A DNA stretch of 45,775 bases from Eubacteriales bacterium (GCA_045124835.1 JBGVMO010000023.1:1-45775); one strand, 5' to 3'. Counted from the stretch's first letter, positions 8,703 to 17,399 are shown. Notes: generated from the letters alone by a model not told the origin. Program-made: numbers and translations.

Positions 8703-10568
8703 ATGAAATCTTATCTCAGAATTTTATGCTTATTATTGGCTATCGTTTTTTGTTTTTCCGCCTGCAACGGTGGCAACGGCGGCAACGGCGGCAATGAGGG
8801 TGGTAGCACTCCTCAAAGAACGGAATACAATATCGTATTTGCCTTGGCAACCATTCCGCCCGTTATGGCGGCGCTTGACTGCATTGAAAGCGGCAGAGAG
8901 ACCTACGCCATTATTGAGCGCGGAAAAACATATAGCGGTATTGAGGCAATTCCCTATTTCCACAATGCAGGCTTTGACAAGGGAAGCAACTTAAGCACTG
9001 GCTTTACCGAAACGGAATTTGAGGCAATGGTCAATCAGATAAAAGCCTTAAAGGAAGCCAAGGAAGAGGATAAGGAGATTTTCTTCCACATCTACGTGCA
9101 GGACGGCACGGCGCTGATGGGCGCGGCACTGGCGGCAAACGCAGGGCTGACGGCTGAGGAGTTCCACGTTTATATGTGCGAGGACGGCACGCTTGCCTAC
9201 GACACCCTTCGGGATACCTTCGTCGCAGGAAAGACAGTCACCGAGGAAAAGGATGAGGTGTATGACGATTATCTTGAAGCAAGAGCAACCGTCGAAGCCG
9301 AGCTTGCCGCCGTTTTGGCTAAAACAGACAACGCCGTAACGGACGAAGCACTCGTTTACAATATGTCCAAGGCCTTCGCCCTTGCCTCCTTGGAGGGCTT
9401 CACCTACTATTTGCAGGACGAGGCACTCTTAAAGGAGCATCTGGAGAGTGCAGAGGGCACGGAGAAAACCAAGCTGCTTTCCGCCTTTGGAATAGAGGGA
9501 TACGAGGCCGAGGTTGAGGCACATCTGAATCTGAAATATCAGAAAATTGCGGCCGGCGTTGCCAAGCTCACCGACACGCAAAGAACCGATTATCTCACGC
9601 TGATGTATGGCAATTATTACGCCGACACCTATGCCGCCCTGACCCGCACCGAGAGAGCAGGCGAGGCCGCGCCTCTCAAGAAGCTCGTCTTTATCGGCTC
9701 CCGTCACAGCGGCTATCCGAAGCTTGCATCCGATGCGGCCTACGGCATTGGCGGTCTTGCGGCAGACGCCGCTCTCCCCCTTTCCTACGCCGAGCTTGAC
9801 GCCAAGTACAAAACGCCCCTGCTCTTTGCAGAGGAGGCCGACTACAACGCCTTTTTAGCGGCGGTGGAGGACGAGGACAGCTACACCGAGGAGGCGACCG
9901 AGGCGCTGAAGAATGCCGCAAAGGTTGCCTGCTTTAACCTTTATATTGACTATATCTTCACCTTGAAAATGACTTACGCCCTGTACGGCGAGGAATATGA
10001 CCTGATTATGAAGGGGCATCCCAAAGAGGAGCTTGGCTTCCACGGCGACTGGAACAGCCTCTATTCCGTTACACTTGGCGAGGGCGAGGATGCCGTTTCC
10101 TACGTATACGATAAGCTTTTGGACGCCGCCCTTCTTTCCTTCCACGCCAACGATTCCGTCGGCAAGAAAATCGGCACGGTTCCCTACGGCACGGCTGCTG
10201 AAAATCTGGCATACCTTGGCGCTGACATTTCTATTTGCGGGCTGCCCTCCTCCACCTACAACGGCTACGACACGGCAATAGACGTTTTGTGCATCATTGC
10301 CGTTACCAACGAGGACATAAACGGCGACGTCTCACAGGTCAAGGAGCGCTATCAGGCAGGAAACCTGCTTTACACCGAGAATGGCGCGAAGAAAACCGCC
10401 CACTTCTACAACACGGGCAACATTCTCAAAACGGTGGCGTCGCTTTATGAGGACGCCGACAACGGTGCTTCGGCCACCTACCGCGCGCTTTACGAAAGCT
10501 GGCTTCTTTCCGTGCATCCCACCGCAACGGATATTGATGAGCAGGGCTTTCCCACTACGGAACAATAA
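8703..10568 (+). CDS. Acidic lipoprotein with GT80 sialyltransferase-like motifs
   Basis: True start ATG 8703 (RBS AAAGGA); lipobox VFCFSA-C followed by an (NGG)3 linker; ordered motifs LATIPP, MCEDGT..Y, FIGS, MKGHP, ICGLPSSTY. The CDS is confident, the product tentative. Confidence 0.6.
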   Translation: MKSYLRILCLLLAIVFCFSACNGGNGGNGGNEGGSTPQRTEYNIVFALATIPPVMAALDCIESGRETYAIIERGKTYSGIEAIPYFHNAGFDKGSNLSTGFTETEFEAMVNQIKALKEAKEEDKEIFFHIYVQDGTALMGAALAANAGLTAEEFHVYMCEDGTLAYDTLRDTFVAGKTVTEEKDEVYDDYLEARATVEAELAAVLAKTDNAVTDEALVYNMSKAFALASLEGFTYYLQDEALLKEHLESAEGTEKTKLLSAFGIEGYEAEVEAHLNLKYQKIAAGVAKLTDTQRTDYLTLMYGNYYADTYAALTRTERAGEAAPLKKLVFIGSRHSGYPKLASDAAYGIGGLAADAALPLSYAELDAKYKTPLLFAEEADYNAFLAAVEDEDSYTEEATEALKNAAKVACFNLYIDYIFTLKMTYALYGEEYDLIMKGHPKEELGFHGDWNSLYSVTLGEGEDAVSYVYDKLLDAALLSFHANDSVGKKIGTVPYGTAAENLAYLGADISICGLPSSTYNGYDTAIDVLCIIAVTNEDINGDVSQVKERYQAGNLLYTENGAKKTAHFYNTGNILKTVASLYEDADNGASATYRALYESWLLSVHPTATDIDEQGFPTTEQ

Positions 10569-10574
10569 AAATCG

Positions 10575-10602
10575 ACGGGCTACCTCTTGCGAGGTAGCCC
10601 GT
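10575..10602. terminator. Bidirectional terminator between convergent genes
   Basis: ACGGGCTACCTC-TTGC-GAGGTAGCCCGT. Confidence 0.85.
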
Positions 10603-10672
10603 ACTTTTATTTCCTATTCACGCCCCTTTTTCTCCTATGAACAGTGGTGAAGGGCACGCTTGATAGGTAATA

Positions 10673-12694
10673 TCAGGACTTCTTTCTGAATACGAAGAAC
10701 CAAACGGCACCGCCGCCAACCAGTACCACCGCCACGATAACCACAGGCAGTACCCAACCGTTATTCGCTGCATTCTCCTCGGGTTCGGGAGTGGGGTCAG
10801 GAGTGGGGGTAGGGTCGGGAGTGGGGTCGGGGGTAGGCGCGGGGGCTGCCTTCTCCGTCCACTTGGCGTGGAGGGTAACATCTGCCTCAACGGCAGCATT
10901 AAAATCATACGTCTCTGTCAGAGCCGCATCGGTGTACCAGCCCTCGAAGGTGAAGCCTTCCTTAGTGGGGGCGGTGGGAAGGATTGCCTTGCCACCCTCT
11001 ACCACCGTCTGGGTGGCTACGCTGCTGCCGCCGTTGGTGCTGAAGACAACGTCAAACTGAACGAGAGGCGGAGGAAGCGGTGCTTCATCCGTTACACCAA
11101 CAAGGCCGTTCTGCGCTGCTGCGGTGTAGAAGCCTTCAGCCTGTAGCACATCCTTGTAGGCAGCGCGAACAAAAAGCTTGGCGTTGCCCACGGTTTCACC
11201 GTCAAAAAGGACGGTATTATCCGTTTCATCCGTGACAAGCGCGGCATCCAACAGAATAACGGTGTTCTCCGATACGCCTGCCGATACATAAAGAATCTGT
11301 TGGACAGCTCCCTTTTCGGAGATGGAAACGATGCGCCCACCCGTAACAGAGATTTGATGCTCGCCCTCATTTACGTAAACAGTGGAGAAGCGGTTGGTGG
11401 GATGCACGGAGACAACGCTTTTGCCGGTCAGAACCGAGTCAACCACGGTTATTTGGCTTCCGTCGCCCCAGATATTGACGGCGGCCCAGCCCGTTATCTC
11501 GGAGTTGCGAATGATAAGCTCCGTTCCGCTTGCGCTTGCAGTCAGATTAACGGCATAGTAGTTTGCAACGGTAAGAGAAACCTTATCCAAGGTCAAGCTT
11601 GCCTTCGCGCCGATGCTGATGCCGCGGGCGTACGCCTTAGAAATGCTTTGTCCGTCAATAACAAGGTTATAAAGAAGAATGCTTTCCGAGGTGGTAACGT
11701 CAATCACGCGGTCGTCCGTATAGCCGATTGACGTGCGGATGGCATAGCCGTTTCCGTTGATGCTGACGCCCTTATCAAAAACGAGGCGCGCATCGATTTC
11801 GACATCGGCAAGCAAGTAGACGGTTTCGCCGTTTGCATTAGCAATAGCGTCCTCTAAGGAGCCGTAATAGGTGTTATGCACCTTGGCAACAGCGCCATCA
11901 ACCGTCAAGGTATTCAGCGAATTGCCGGATTGAATCCTGACCGTTCCGCTGATAGAGATGCTGGCCTTTTCTGCGTCTGCATCAATGGATTCTATCCTTG
12001 AAAGCTGCACGATTGCCTGCGAGGCACCGTCAACAGCCTCTGCGATAATTTCGCTGTCGCCGATAACGGAAATGGCTATCTCGGGGTCGTTTGCCACGAT
12101 AACGCCGAAGCTCTCGCCTGCGTGTTTATTATAGCCGTAGAGCACCGAATTCTCAATTGAAACAGTCGTGCCCTCGCCCCAGACGTTAACGGCGGCCCAG
12201 CCGCTAAGGCGAGAATTGCGCACGGTGATTTGGCTTCCTGCGCCAAGACGGGGAACATTCAAGGCGTAATAATCAACGCCCTCTACCGTCACGCCCTCAA
12301 GCAGAAGCTCTACCTGATCAATCACGTTGATGCCGCGCTCGCCGTTTTGACTTTGAAGGGTCAAATTGCGAACGGTTGCGGAAGCGGAAATGTTCATGCC
12401 GATTTCGGCCGAAGTTGTAATGGAGAAATCATTGCCCTCCAAGGTAATCTCCTTGTCGATAAGGAGCGTTTCGGTGAGGGTAACATCTCCATTCATATAG
12501 ACGGTGTCCCCGTCCTGTGCGGCAGAAAGTGCGTCTGCCAAGCTATCGTAATGTAGCATCGTTTTTTCACGTATAATATACGCATCGGCAGTATCGGCCG
12601 CTGTGTGCATTGCGAAGGGCAGAAGGAGCAAAATGCAGAGAGCCACGATTCCTATCTGCCATACTTTTTTGAGGTTTACTTTCTTGGTCAACAT
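10673..12694 (-). CDS. Cell-surface protein: signal peptide, two tandem beta-helix (pectin-lyase-like) modules, InlB B-repeat (Listeria-Bacteroides repeat), Pro/Thr/Asp linker, C-terminal membrane anchor
   Basis: Repeated Y.SL.DA…GWAAVN.WG.G; V.F.TNGGS…PTKEGFTFEGWYTD…TLHAKW; (TPDP)n; hydrophobic tail ending RKKS. Confidence 0.85.
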   Translation of the reverse strand: MLTKKVNLKKVWQIGIVALCILLLLPFAMHTAADTADAYIIREKTMLHYDSLADALSAAQDGDTVYMNGDVTLTETLLIDKEITLEGNDFSITTSAEIGMNISASATVRNLTLQSQNGERGINVIDQVELLLEGVTVEGVDYYALNVPRLGAGSQITVRNSRLSGWAAVNVWGEGTTVSIENSVLYGYNKHAGESFGVIVANDPEIAISVIGDSEIIAEAVDGASQAIVQLSRIESIDADAEKASISISGTVRIQSGNSLNTLTVDGAVAKVHNTYYGSLEDAIANANGETVYLLADVEIDARLVFDKGVSINGNGYAIRTSIGYTDDRVIDVTTSESILLYNLVIDGQSISKAYARGISIGAKASLTLDKVSLTVANYYAVNLTASASGTELIIRNSEITGWAAVNIWGDGSQITVVDSVLTGKSVVSVHPTNRFSTVYVNEGEHQISVTGGRIVSISEKGAVQQILYVSAGVSENTVILLDAALVTDETDNTVLFDGETVGNAKLFVRAAYKDVLQAEGFYTAAAQNGLVGVTDEAPLPPPLVQFDVVFSTNGGSSVATQTVVEGGKAILPTAPTKEGFTFEGWYTDAALTETYDFNAAVEADVTLHAKWTEKAAPAPTPDPTPDPTPTPDPTPEPEENAANNGWVLPVVIVAVVLVGGGAVWFFVFRKKS
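10781..10849 (-). repeat. Coding low-complexity repeat (APAPTPDPTPDPTPTPDPTPEP linker)
   Basis: Degenerate GGAGTGGGGTC-like 12-bp units on the + strand. Confidence 0.8.
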
Positions 12695-12912
12695 AATTTT
12701 TCCTTTCTGTTTTCATAAAAGTGCGTTTATGTATCTTCATAGAGCAAGGCCTCCCTTCCTAACGTTGCACAAAGAGAAGCTCTTGCGAAAAGGCTATACG
12801 CATTTTCTGTATTCAGTATACAGGCTCGCTTTTGAAAATTCTATCTCCCAAAACCGATTTTTTTGACGATGGCGGACGGCGCCTTTTGCCAAAAGCGGAT
12901 ATCGCAAAGCGC

Positions 12913-12966
12913 AAAAAACGGATATCTCTCTTCCCAAAGCATCGGAAAGATGAAATATCCGTTTTT
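12913..12966 (-). terminator. Terminator after the HTH-LuxR regulator
   Basis: AAAAACGGATAT (12914-12925) / ATATCCGTTTTT (12955-12966). Confidence 0.7.
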
Positions 12967-12982
12967 CATATAAAGGACTATG

Positions 12983-14233
12983 TTAAAGAATAGAGGCCAG
13001 CTCGTGACGCCCTTGCACGTTACCCTTGTGTGTTGCGCTTCTCAGGGATTGCTTGACGCTTGCCAAGGAAATACCGAGCTTGTCGGCAATCTCCTGATTG
13101 GAGAAGCCAAAAACGGCAAGCCTTGCCACCTCGCGCTCGCGGCTTGTCAAATTGGCCGCCATATTGCGCTTCTGCACGGCATTGCTCAGCTTGGCGTAAT
13201 TAGCGGCAAGAGGCTTTTGCAGCTCTCGAACGGCCAAGAGCGCCTCTTCGCTTGCCAAGGCCAAGCGCTCCTCCAAAAGATAGCTGAAGGCTCGATAATG
13301 CTCGGCCAAGAGTCCGTAAAGCCTGTCGGGCAGGGTTAAGGCGATGGCGCGGTCCAGATGCCGCGTTGCCTCCTCGACTTTGCCGACGTTATGGTACACA
13401 ACGGCCGACACAAGCCGCAGATAAATTTCGGGAACGACGAGCCTGTCGGCCGCCGCCTGCGAGACCATCGGCTCCAAAATCATCGGGAGCATATTCATCA
13501 TCGCCAAGCCCTGTACCCCCTCAATTGTGTGCTGCTTCGTGGCAACGCCGTAGGCCAAGGCATACAGATATTTGGCGTAAAAAACCTTGGCGGCAGGGAG
13601 CGCATCGGAGGGCAAAAGCTCAAAATTGCCCACCTTAAACCACGCAGGAAAGGAGCGCGCGTCAAAAAGCGCGCTATCCAAGGCGGTTAAGGAAAAGGTG
13701 ACGATATCTCTGTCCTTATCCGTTTTACAGGGTGCTTCGCACATATGCATCTTCGCATTGTTCCACATAGAAACGTCGCCGCGCCAAACGGCACAAAGGC
13801 CAAGCAGCATTCCTGCGGACTGCACGGCGTAAAAGCCCGAATGCTTATTTAAAAGATAATTCGCTCTTTCGTACACCTTATCAATTTCACCGCGCAGATA
13901 GGCAATTTCAGCCTCGAAAAGAACCTCGGCCTCGTGATTGTAAGCAAGCCTTTCGATTGCGGCGTCTGCCGTGCCGGGCACGGTATATAAATCCGTCATA
14001 TCAAGAAAGGGGGTCTTGCGCGGCAGGGGCATATCCGTCACGACGGCGCTTGTCCGTTCCTGTCTGCCTGCTTTGGTTCTTCCGTCAGCGCCGCGCTCGG
14101 CCGTTTCCGGTATCATCCAAGCGCGCCCGTGCCGCATGGCACCCTCAATTCGCCCCGCCGTGCAAAGCGCCTGCACGCGCCTTTTGGAGACTCCCCATTT
14201 CTTTGCTATCTCATCTATTGTCATATATTTCAT
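12983..14233 (-). CDS. Transcriptional regulator: N-terminal excisionase/MerR-like HTH, helical TPR-like core, C-terminal LuxR HTH
   Basis: MKYMTIDEIAKKWGVSKRRVQALC..GRI.GA…AWMIP; C-terminus LTSREREVARLAVFGFSNQEIADKLGISLASVK. Confidence 0.88.
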   Translation of the reverse strand: MKYMTIDEIAKKWGVSKRRVQALCTAGRIEGAMRHGRAWMIPETAERGADGRTKAGRQERTSAVVTDMPLPRKTPFLDMTDLYTVPGTADAAIERLAYNHEAEVLFEAEIAYLRGEIDKVYERANYLLNKHSGFYAVQSAGMLLGLCAVWRGDVSMWNNAKMHMCEAPCKTDKDRDIVTFSLTALDSALFDARSFPAWFKVGNFELLPSDALPAAKVFYAKYLYALAYGVATKQHTIEGVQGLAMMNMLPMILEPMVSQAAADRLVVPEIYLRLVSAVVYHNVGKVEEATRHLDRAIALTLPDRLYGLLAEHYRAFSYLLEERLALASEEALLAVRELQKPLAANYAKLSNAVQKRNMAANLTSREREVARLAVFGFSNQEIADKLGISLASVKQSLRSATHKGNVQGRHELASIL

Positions 14234-14250
14234 AGTGCTTCCCTTTTACC

Positions 14251-14314
14251 GTTCGTTTTGGCGAACAATATATTGTTCTTTTTTGCGCACAATATATTGT
14301 TCGTTTTTGCGCCA
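14251..14314. repeat. Tandem 24-bp palindromic repeats (2.7 copies), probable operator array
   Basis: GTTCGTTTTGGCGAACAATATATT (14251-14274), GTTCTTTTTTGCGCACAATATATT (14275-14298), GTTCGTTTTTGCGCCA (14299-14314). Confidence 0.85.
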
Positions 14315-14326
14315 TTTACAACCAAA

Positions 14327-14355
14327 ATTATACAGAAAAAAATCGTATTTGTCAA
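14327..14355 (-). promoter_or_regulatory. Consensus sigma-A promoter for the HTH-LuxR regulator
   Basis: Minus strand TTGACA (14350-14355) N17 TATAAT (14327-14332). Confidence 0.9.
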
Positions 14356-14451
14356 GATATTTTCTTGCTTTTTGCCAAAAAAATGCCCGAGCCCAACAGT
14401 CTATTGCTCCGTTGAGAGCATTCTGCTTTCGGGTTCGGGCAGCAAGACACC

Positions 14452-15312
14452 TTAACGGTGCTTGGGAATGGGTAACAGGGCGCGAGTTTCCTGCTTGTAA
14501 GCGGCGAAGCCATCCTTTCGGGACTGTCTGCCGTCTGCCATAGGAATACTGACAGCGAAAAACAAAACGGTATTGGCAAGGGCGCCAAGCAAGAGCCCCC
14601 ATGCAGCAGGCGCTAAGGACACCACCGAAAGAGCAACGCCCCACCACATCAATAGCTCGCCAAGATAGTTGGGATGACGGGAATACTTCCAAAGCCCGTG
14701 GCGGTTGAAGGGGGCATCCTTGCTTTTGCGGTAACGGTGCATTTGCACGTCTGCCGTTCCCTGCAACAGAATGGCGCATAAAGAAACACCCAAAAGTGCA
14801 ATGCTTCCCGCATTTGCCGAGAGCCCGTGTATCAGGGCATAGACGGCAGGAAGGGTGCAGGCGTAAACCACGAGCGTTGGCACCATATGAATGCCGATAA
14901 AATTGATAAGGGGATAAAAGGCCCCCGTTTTTTCTTGCAGCATGGTGTAACGCCAATCCTGATGATTGAGTCCACCGAAGGTATACGCCCAGTTGGCCGT
15001 CAGCCGCACACCCCACAAAAGAACGACGAAGAGCAAAAGAGCGCCAAAGAACGTTATCTCCTTGTCGGCGGCGAAGGCCAGAAGAATCACGGGAGGTTGT
15101 ACGCTCCAATAGGGGTCATACACCGAGGCATTTTGAAAGATAAGGCTGAAAAGAAAGGTAAAAACGGTGGCAAGAGCATCCGCCACAAGAAGTGCCAGAT
15201 ACCAAGGCAAAGGGAGCCTGCCGTAAACAAAGGCCCCAAGGGCACCGGCAAGAATATATACTGCCGAAACAGCGAGAAAGCTACCTATACGGCTTTGCTT
15301 AAGTGTCTTCAT
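14452..15312 (-). CDS. DUF1295 membrane protein (steroid 5-alpha-reductase-like)
   Basis: NASVYDPYWS, WGVRLT.NW, QDWRY, ADVQM, GLWKYSRHPNYLGE; multiple TM helices. Confidence 0.9.
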   Translation of the reverse strand: MKTLKQSRIGSFLAVSAVYILAGALGAFVYGRLPLPWYLALLVADALATVFTFLFSLIFQNASVYDPYWSVQPPVILLAFAADKEITFFGALLLFVVLLWGVRLTANWAYTFGGLNHQDWRYTMLQEKTGAFYPLINFIGIHMVPTLVVYACTLPAVYALIHGLSANAGSIALLGVSLCAILLQGTADVQMHRYRKSKDAPFNRHGLWKYSRHPNYLGELLMWWGVALSVVSLAPAAWGLLLGALANTVLFFAVSIPMADGRQSRKDGFAAYKQETRALLPIPKHR

Positions 15313-15320
15313 CGTGTCTT

Positions 15321-15608
15321 TTATAAAGCCTTGTATTCCTTCAGCACCGTGGACTTAACGTAATCGTCCTTCAAGGCACGCATACGCTCCATATGCGGCT
15401 GCTCAATGTGAATTTCCTGATGGCGCTTGGTTTCCCATGCCTCAACCAACAAAAGCTCGTTGGGGTCTGCCTCGGAAAAATAGAAATCGTACTTGTGGCA
15501 ACCGTCCTCGGCGCGGATGGCGGAGAGGATGCCCTCCTTTTTCAGTCTTGCAACGAAGGCCTCTCTCTGGCCGGGCAGACAGGTGAATACAACATAGATG
15601 CGGTACAT
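15321..15608 (-). CDS. Antibiotic biosynthesis monooxygenase (ABM) family protein
   Basis: R.EDGC..Y.F…LLLVEAWE…H...PH pattern, 95 aa. Confidence 0.88.
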   Translation of the reverse strand: MYRIYVVFTCLPGQREAFVARLKKEGILSAIRAEDGCHKYDFYFSEADPNELLLVEAWETKRHQEIHIEQPHMERMRALKDDYVKSTVLKEYKAL

Positions 15609-15634
15609 AGCGTTTTTCCTTTCTTCTTACCTTA

Positions 15635-16822
15635 TTATTTGCCCTGAAGCTTTTTGCCGATGGCGGCGATGTAGGGCTTGATATGCTCCAAGATCTCGTC
15701 CTCGGTTTCTGCCGCAGGGGTGTCGCTCCAAAGACAATAGCCACCGCCCAAAACGCGCGCATTGGGGGCTTCAAGGTTGTTTTCGGGATGCTCGTGATCC
15801 ATCACGTAGGCGTTAAAGCTTTCCTCTATCATTTCGGGGGTAACGTGATGCACGGAGCCAAAGCCGAGGGTGTAATAGGTATAATAATGGTTAAAGTTAT
15901 ACAGGGCGTGTCCCTTATCCAGATAGAATGCAGGGGTGTTTTTGCTATCGTTCGCGGTGGGAAGCCAATACTGCATTTCAAGGGCAGGGTCAAGCTGGGT
16001 AACGCCCGTATAGCCTGTATCAAAGCTACGGTAGGCGTCATCATTCCACATACGGAGCGAGGTATAGCCAAGTGCGCGCAAAAGCGCGCAAAGGTCATTG
16101 ACGTAAAGCACGAAGGCGTCATAGGCCACGGCGTTTTCGTTGCCCGTTACCTTTCGCGCGTAGTCGCGCCAATGGTCAAGGTTTTGCCATTTGGAGAGCG
16201 TTTCGTCGATGGTTTCGCCAAAGCCGAGAAGCTCGTCTCCGCCGATGTCAAACTTGGTACAGCCAAGCTCGCGGAAAAAGAGGCCGTACTCGGTATACAG
16301 GCTCTTGGCAAAGGCAAGCGCCTCGGGATTGATAATATCAATGCCGCGCGAATAGGCGGTTTGCGCCTCTTCCTTGTTGACGCTGGAGCCGTGAACGATG
16401 GAAACCTTGCCATCCTTGTGAAAATAGTTGCCGATGTCCGTCTTGAAATGTGCGTTATACTTCTTGACAACGTAGTTCATATGTCCGGGAGAATCAAGGG
16501 AAGGAATCACCTCAAGCCCGTTTGCCTGCGCGAAGCGAACGATATCCGCCATTTCCTCTTGCGTGATATATTTATCATCGTCCTCGGGACAGCCGTTTGC
16601 CGCGCCGTATACGCAAAGCGAATAGTCGCCCCCCGCAAGCCACGGATACGTTTTGGACTCCAAGCGCATGCCGATGTCCTCGGAGAAATGAATGCTCAGG
16701 GCATTGTAGCCTGCCGCGGCAAGCTCAACAATCAAGCGCTTTATCCAATTGGGCGTATAGTATTTACGCGCACAATCCAACATAAAAATGCGTTCTTCTA
16801 CGCGGTATTTTTCGTTACTCAT
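15635..16822 (-). CDS. GH20 glycoside hydrolase (beta-N-acetylhexosaminidase / lacto-N-biosidase-like), catalytic domain only, cytoplasmic
   Basis: LDCARKYY, HFSED, DSPGH, DIGGDE (catalytic DE), WND, WSD. Start moved to ATG 16822 (RBS AAGGA). Confidence 0.85.
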   Translation of the reverse strand: MSNEKYRVEERIFMLDCARKYYTPNWIKRLIVELAAAGYNALSIHFSEDIGMRLESKTYPWLAGGDYSLCVYGAANGCPEDDDKYITQEEMADIVRFAQANGLEVIPSLDSPGHMNYVVKKYNAHFKTDIGNYFHKDGKVSIVHGSSVNKEEAQTAYSRGIDIINPEALAFAKSLYTEYGLFFRELGCTKFDIGGDELLGFGETIDETLSKWQNLDHWRDYARKVTGNENAVAYDAFVLYVNDLCALLRALGYTSLRMWNDDAYRSFDTGYTGVTQLDPALEMQYWLPTANDSKNTPAFYLDKGHALYNFNHYYTYYTLGFGSVHHVTPEMIEESFNAYVMDHEHPENNLEAPNARVLGGGYCLWSDTPAAETEDEILEHIKPYIAAIGKKLQGK

Positions 16823-16833
16823 TGCTGTTTCCT

Positions 16834-17136
16834 TTACATTCTCTTTATCTTGCAAAAGCTTCTCTTTTTGCACTTGGGGCATTTCAACATTCTCTTGTCC
16901 ATATAATGGAGAGAAACGGAAAATTGATACCATTTGGCCTTAAATTCTTCATTGCAATGGGGGCAAATGTAGGTTTGCGAAAGCAATCGCATATACACCA
17001 AGACGAAAACGAGCGCCAAGGCGATGGCTAGCACGTACCAAGGCACCTCTACCGTTTTTCCTATCAGATTGACGGTGCAAGAGGAAAGGGTGAGCGGCAA
17101 AAGCGCACAAAGAAGGATGAGGGAGAGTTTTTTCAT
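16834..17136 (-). CDS. Small membrane protein: lipobox-like signal, TM helix, Zn-ribbon (CPHC…CPKC)
   Basis: MKKLSLILLCALLPLTLSS-C; hydrophobic WYVLAIALALVFVLVYM; two CxxC pairs; RBS AGAGG. Confidence 0.7.
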   Translation of the reverse strand: MKKLSLILLCALLPLTLSSCTVNLIGKTVEVPWYVLAIALALVFVLVYMRLLSQTYICPHCNEEFKAKWYQFSVSLHYMDKRMLKCPKCKKRSFCKIKRM

Positions 17137-17177
17137 ATTGAAGCCTCTTTCTGTGTTTTCCATACTAGTATAAGAGA

Positions 17178-17206
17178 ATTATAGCATACTCCTTTCCTTT
17201 TGTAAA
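17178..17206 (-). promoter_or_regulatory. Sigma-A promoter for the Zn-ribbon/GH20/ABM/DUF1295 operon
   Basis: Minus strand TTTACA N17 TATAAT with TG extension. Confidence 0.7.
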
Positions 17207-17356
17207 GAGGATATATAGAAGTGCCCTCTGAATGCCGAATGGCTCTCGAATTTACAAGATTTTTTTCGCCTTCTTGCCCTTTTTCTTGCCTTTTTCCCTT
17301 TTTTTCGGCAAAAAATAGCCCACGAAAAAACTTTTTTAAAAAAATTGAAAAAATGC

Positions 17357-17385
17357 TTGACAAATGGGAAAGATATTGCTATAAT
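17357..17385 (+). promoter_or_regulatory. Consensus sigma-A promoter for tRNA-Gln
   Basis: TTGACA N17 TATAAT, extended -10, A-tract UP element upstream. Confidence 0.9.
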
Positions 17386-17399
17386 AATATCCGCGCTGA

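Noticed and set aside
12695-12900. Riboswitch (e.g. c-di-GMP) upstream of the surface protein
   Set aside because: No recognisable aptamer consensus or leader terminator was found by eye.
12983-14233. Excisionase-like N-terminus as evidence of a mobile element
   Set aside because: It is fused to a LuxR regulator, and no integrase, relaxase or att sites are nearby.
14251-14314. Possible LexA (Cheo) boxes or mini-CRISPR
   Set aside because: Spacing is GAAC-N8-GTTC / GTTC-N8-GAAC, not the Firmicute GAAC-N4-GTTC; the repeats are contiguous with no spacers and no cas genes.
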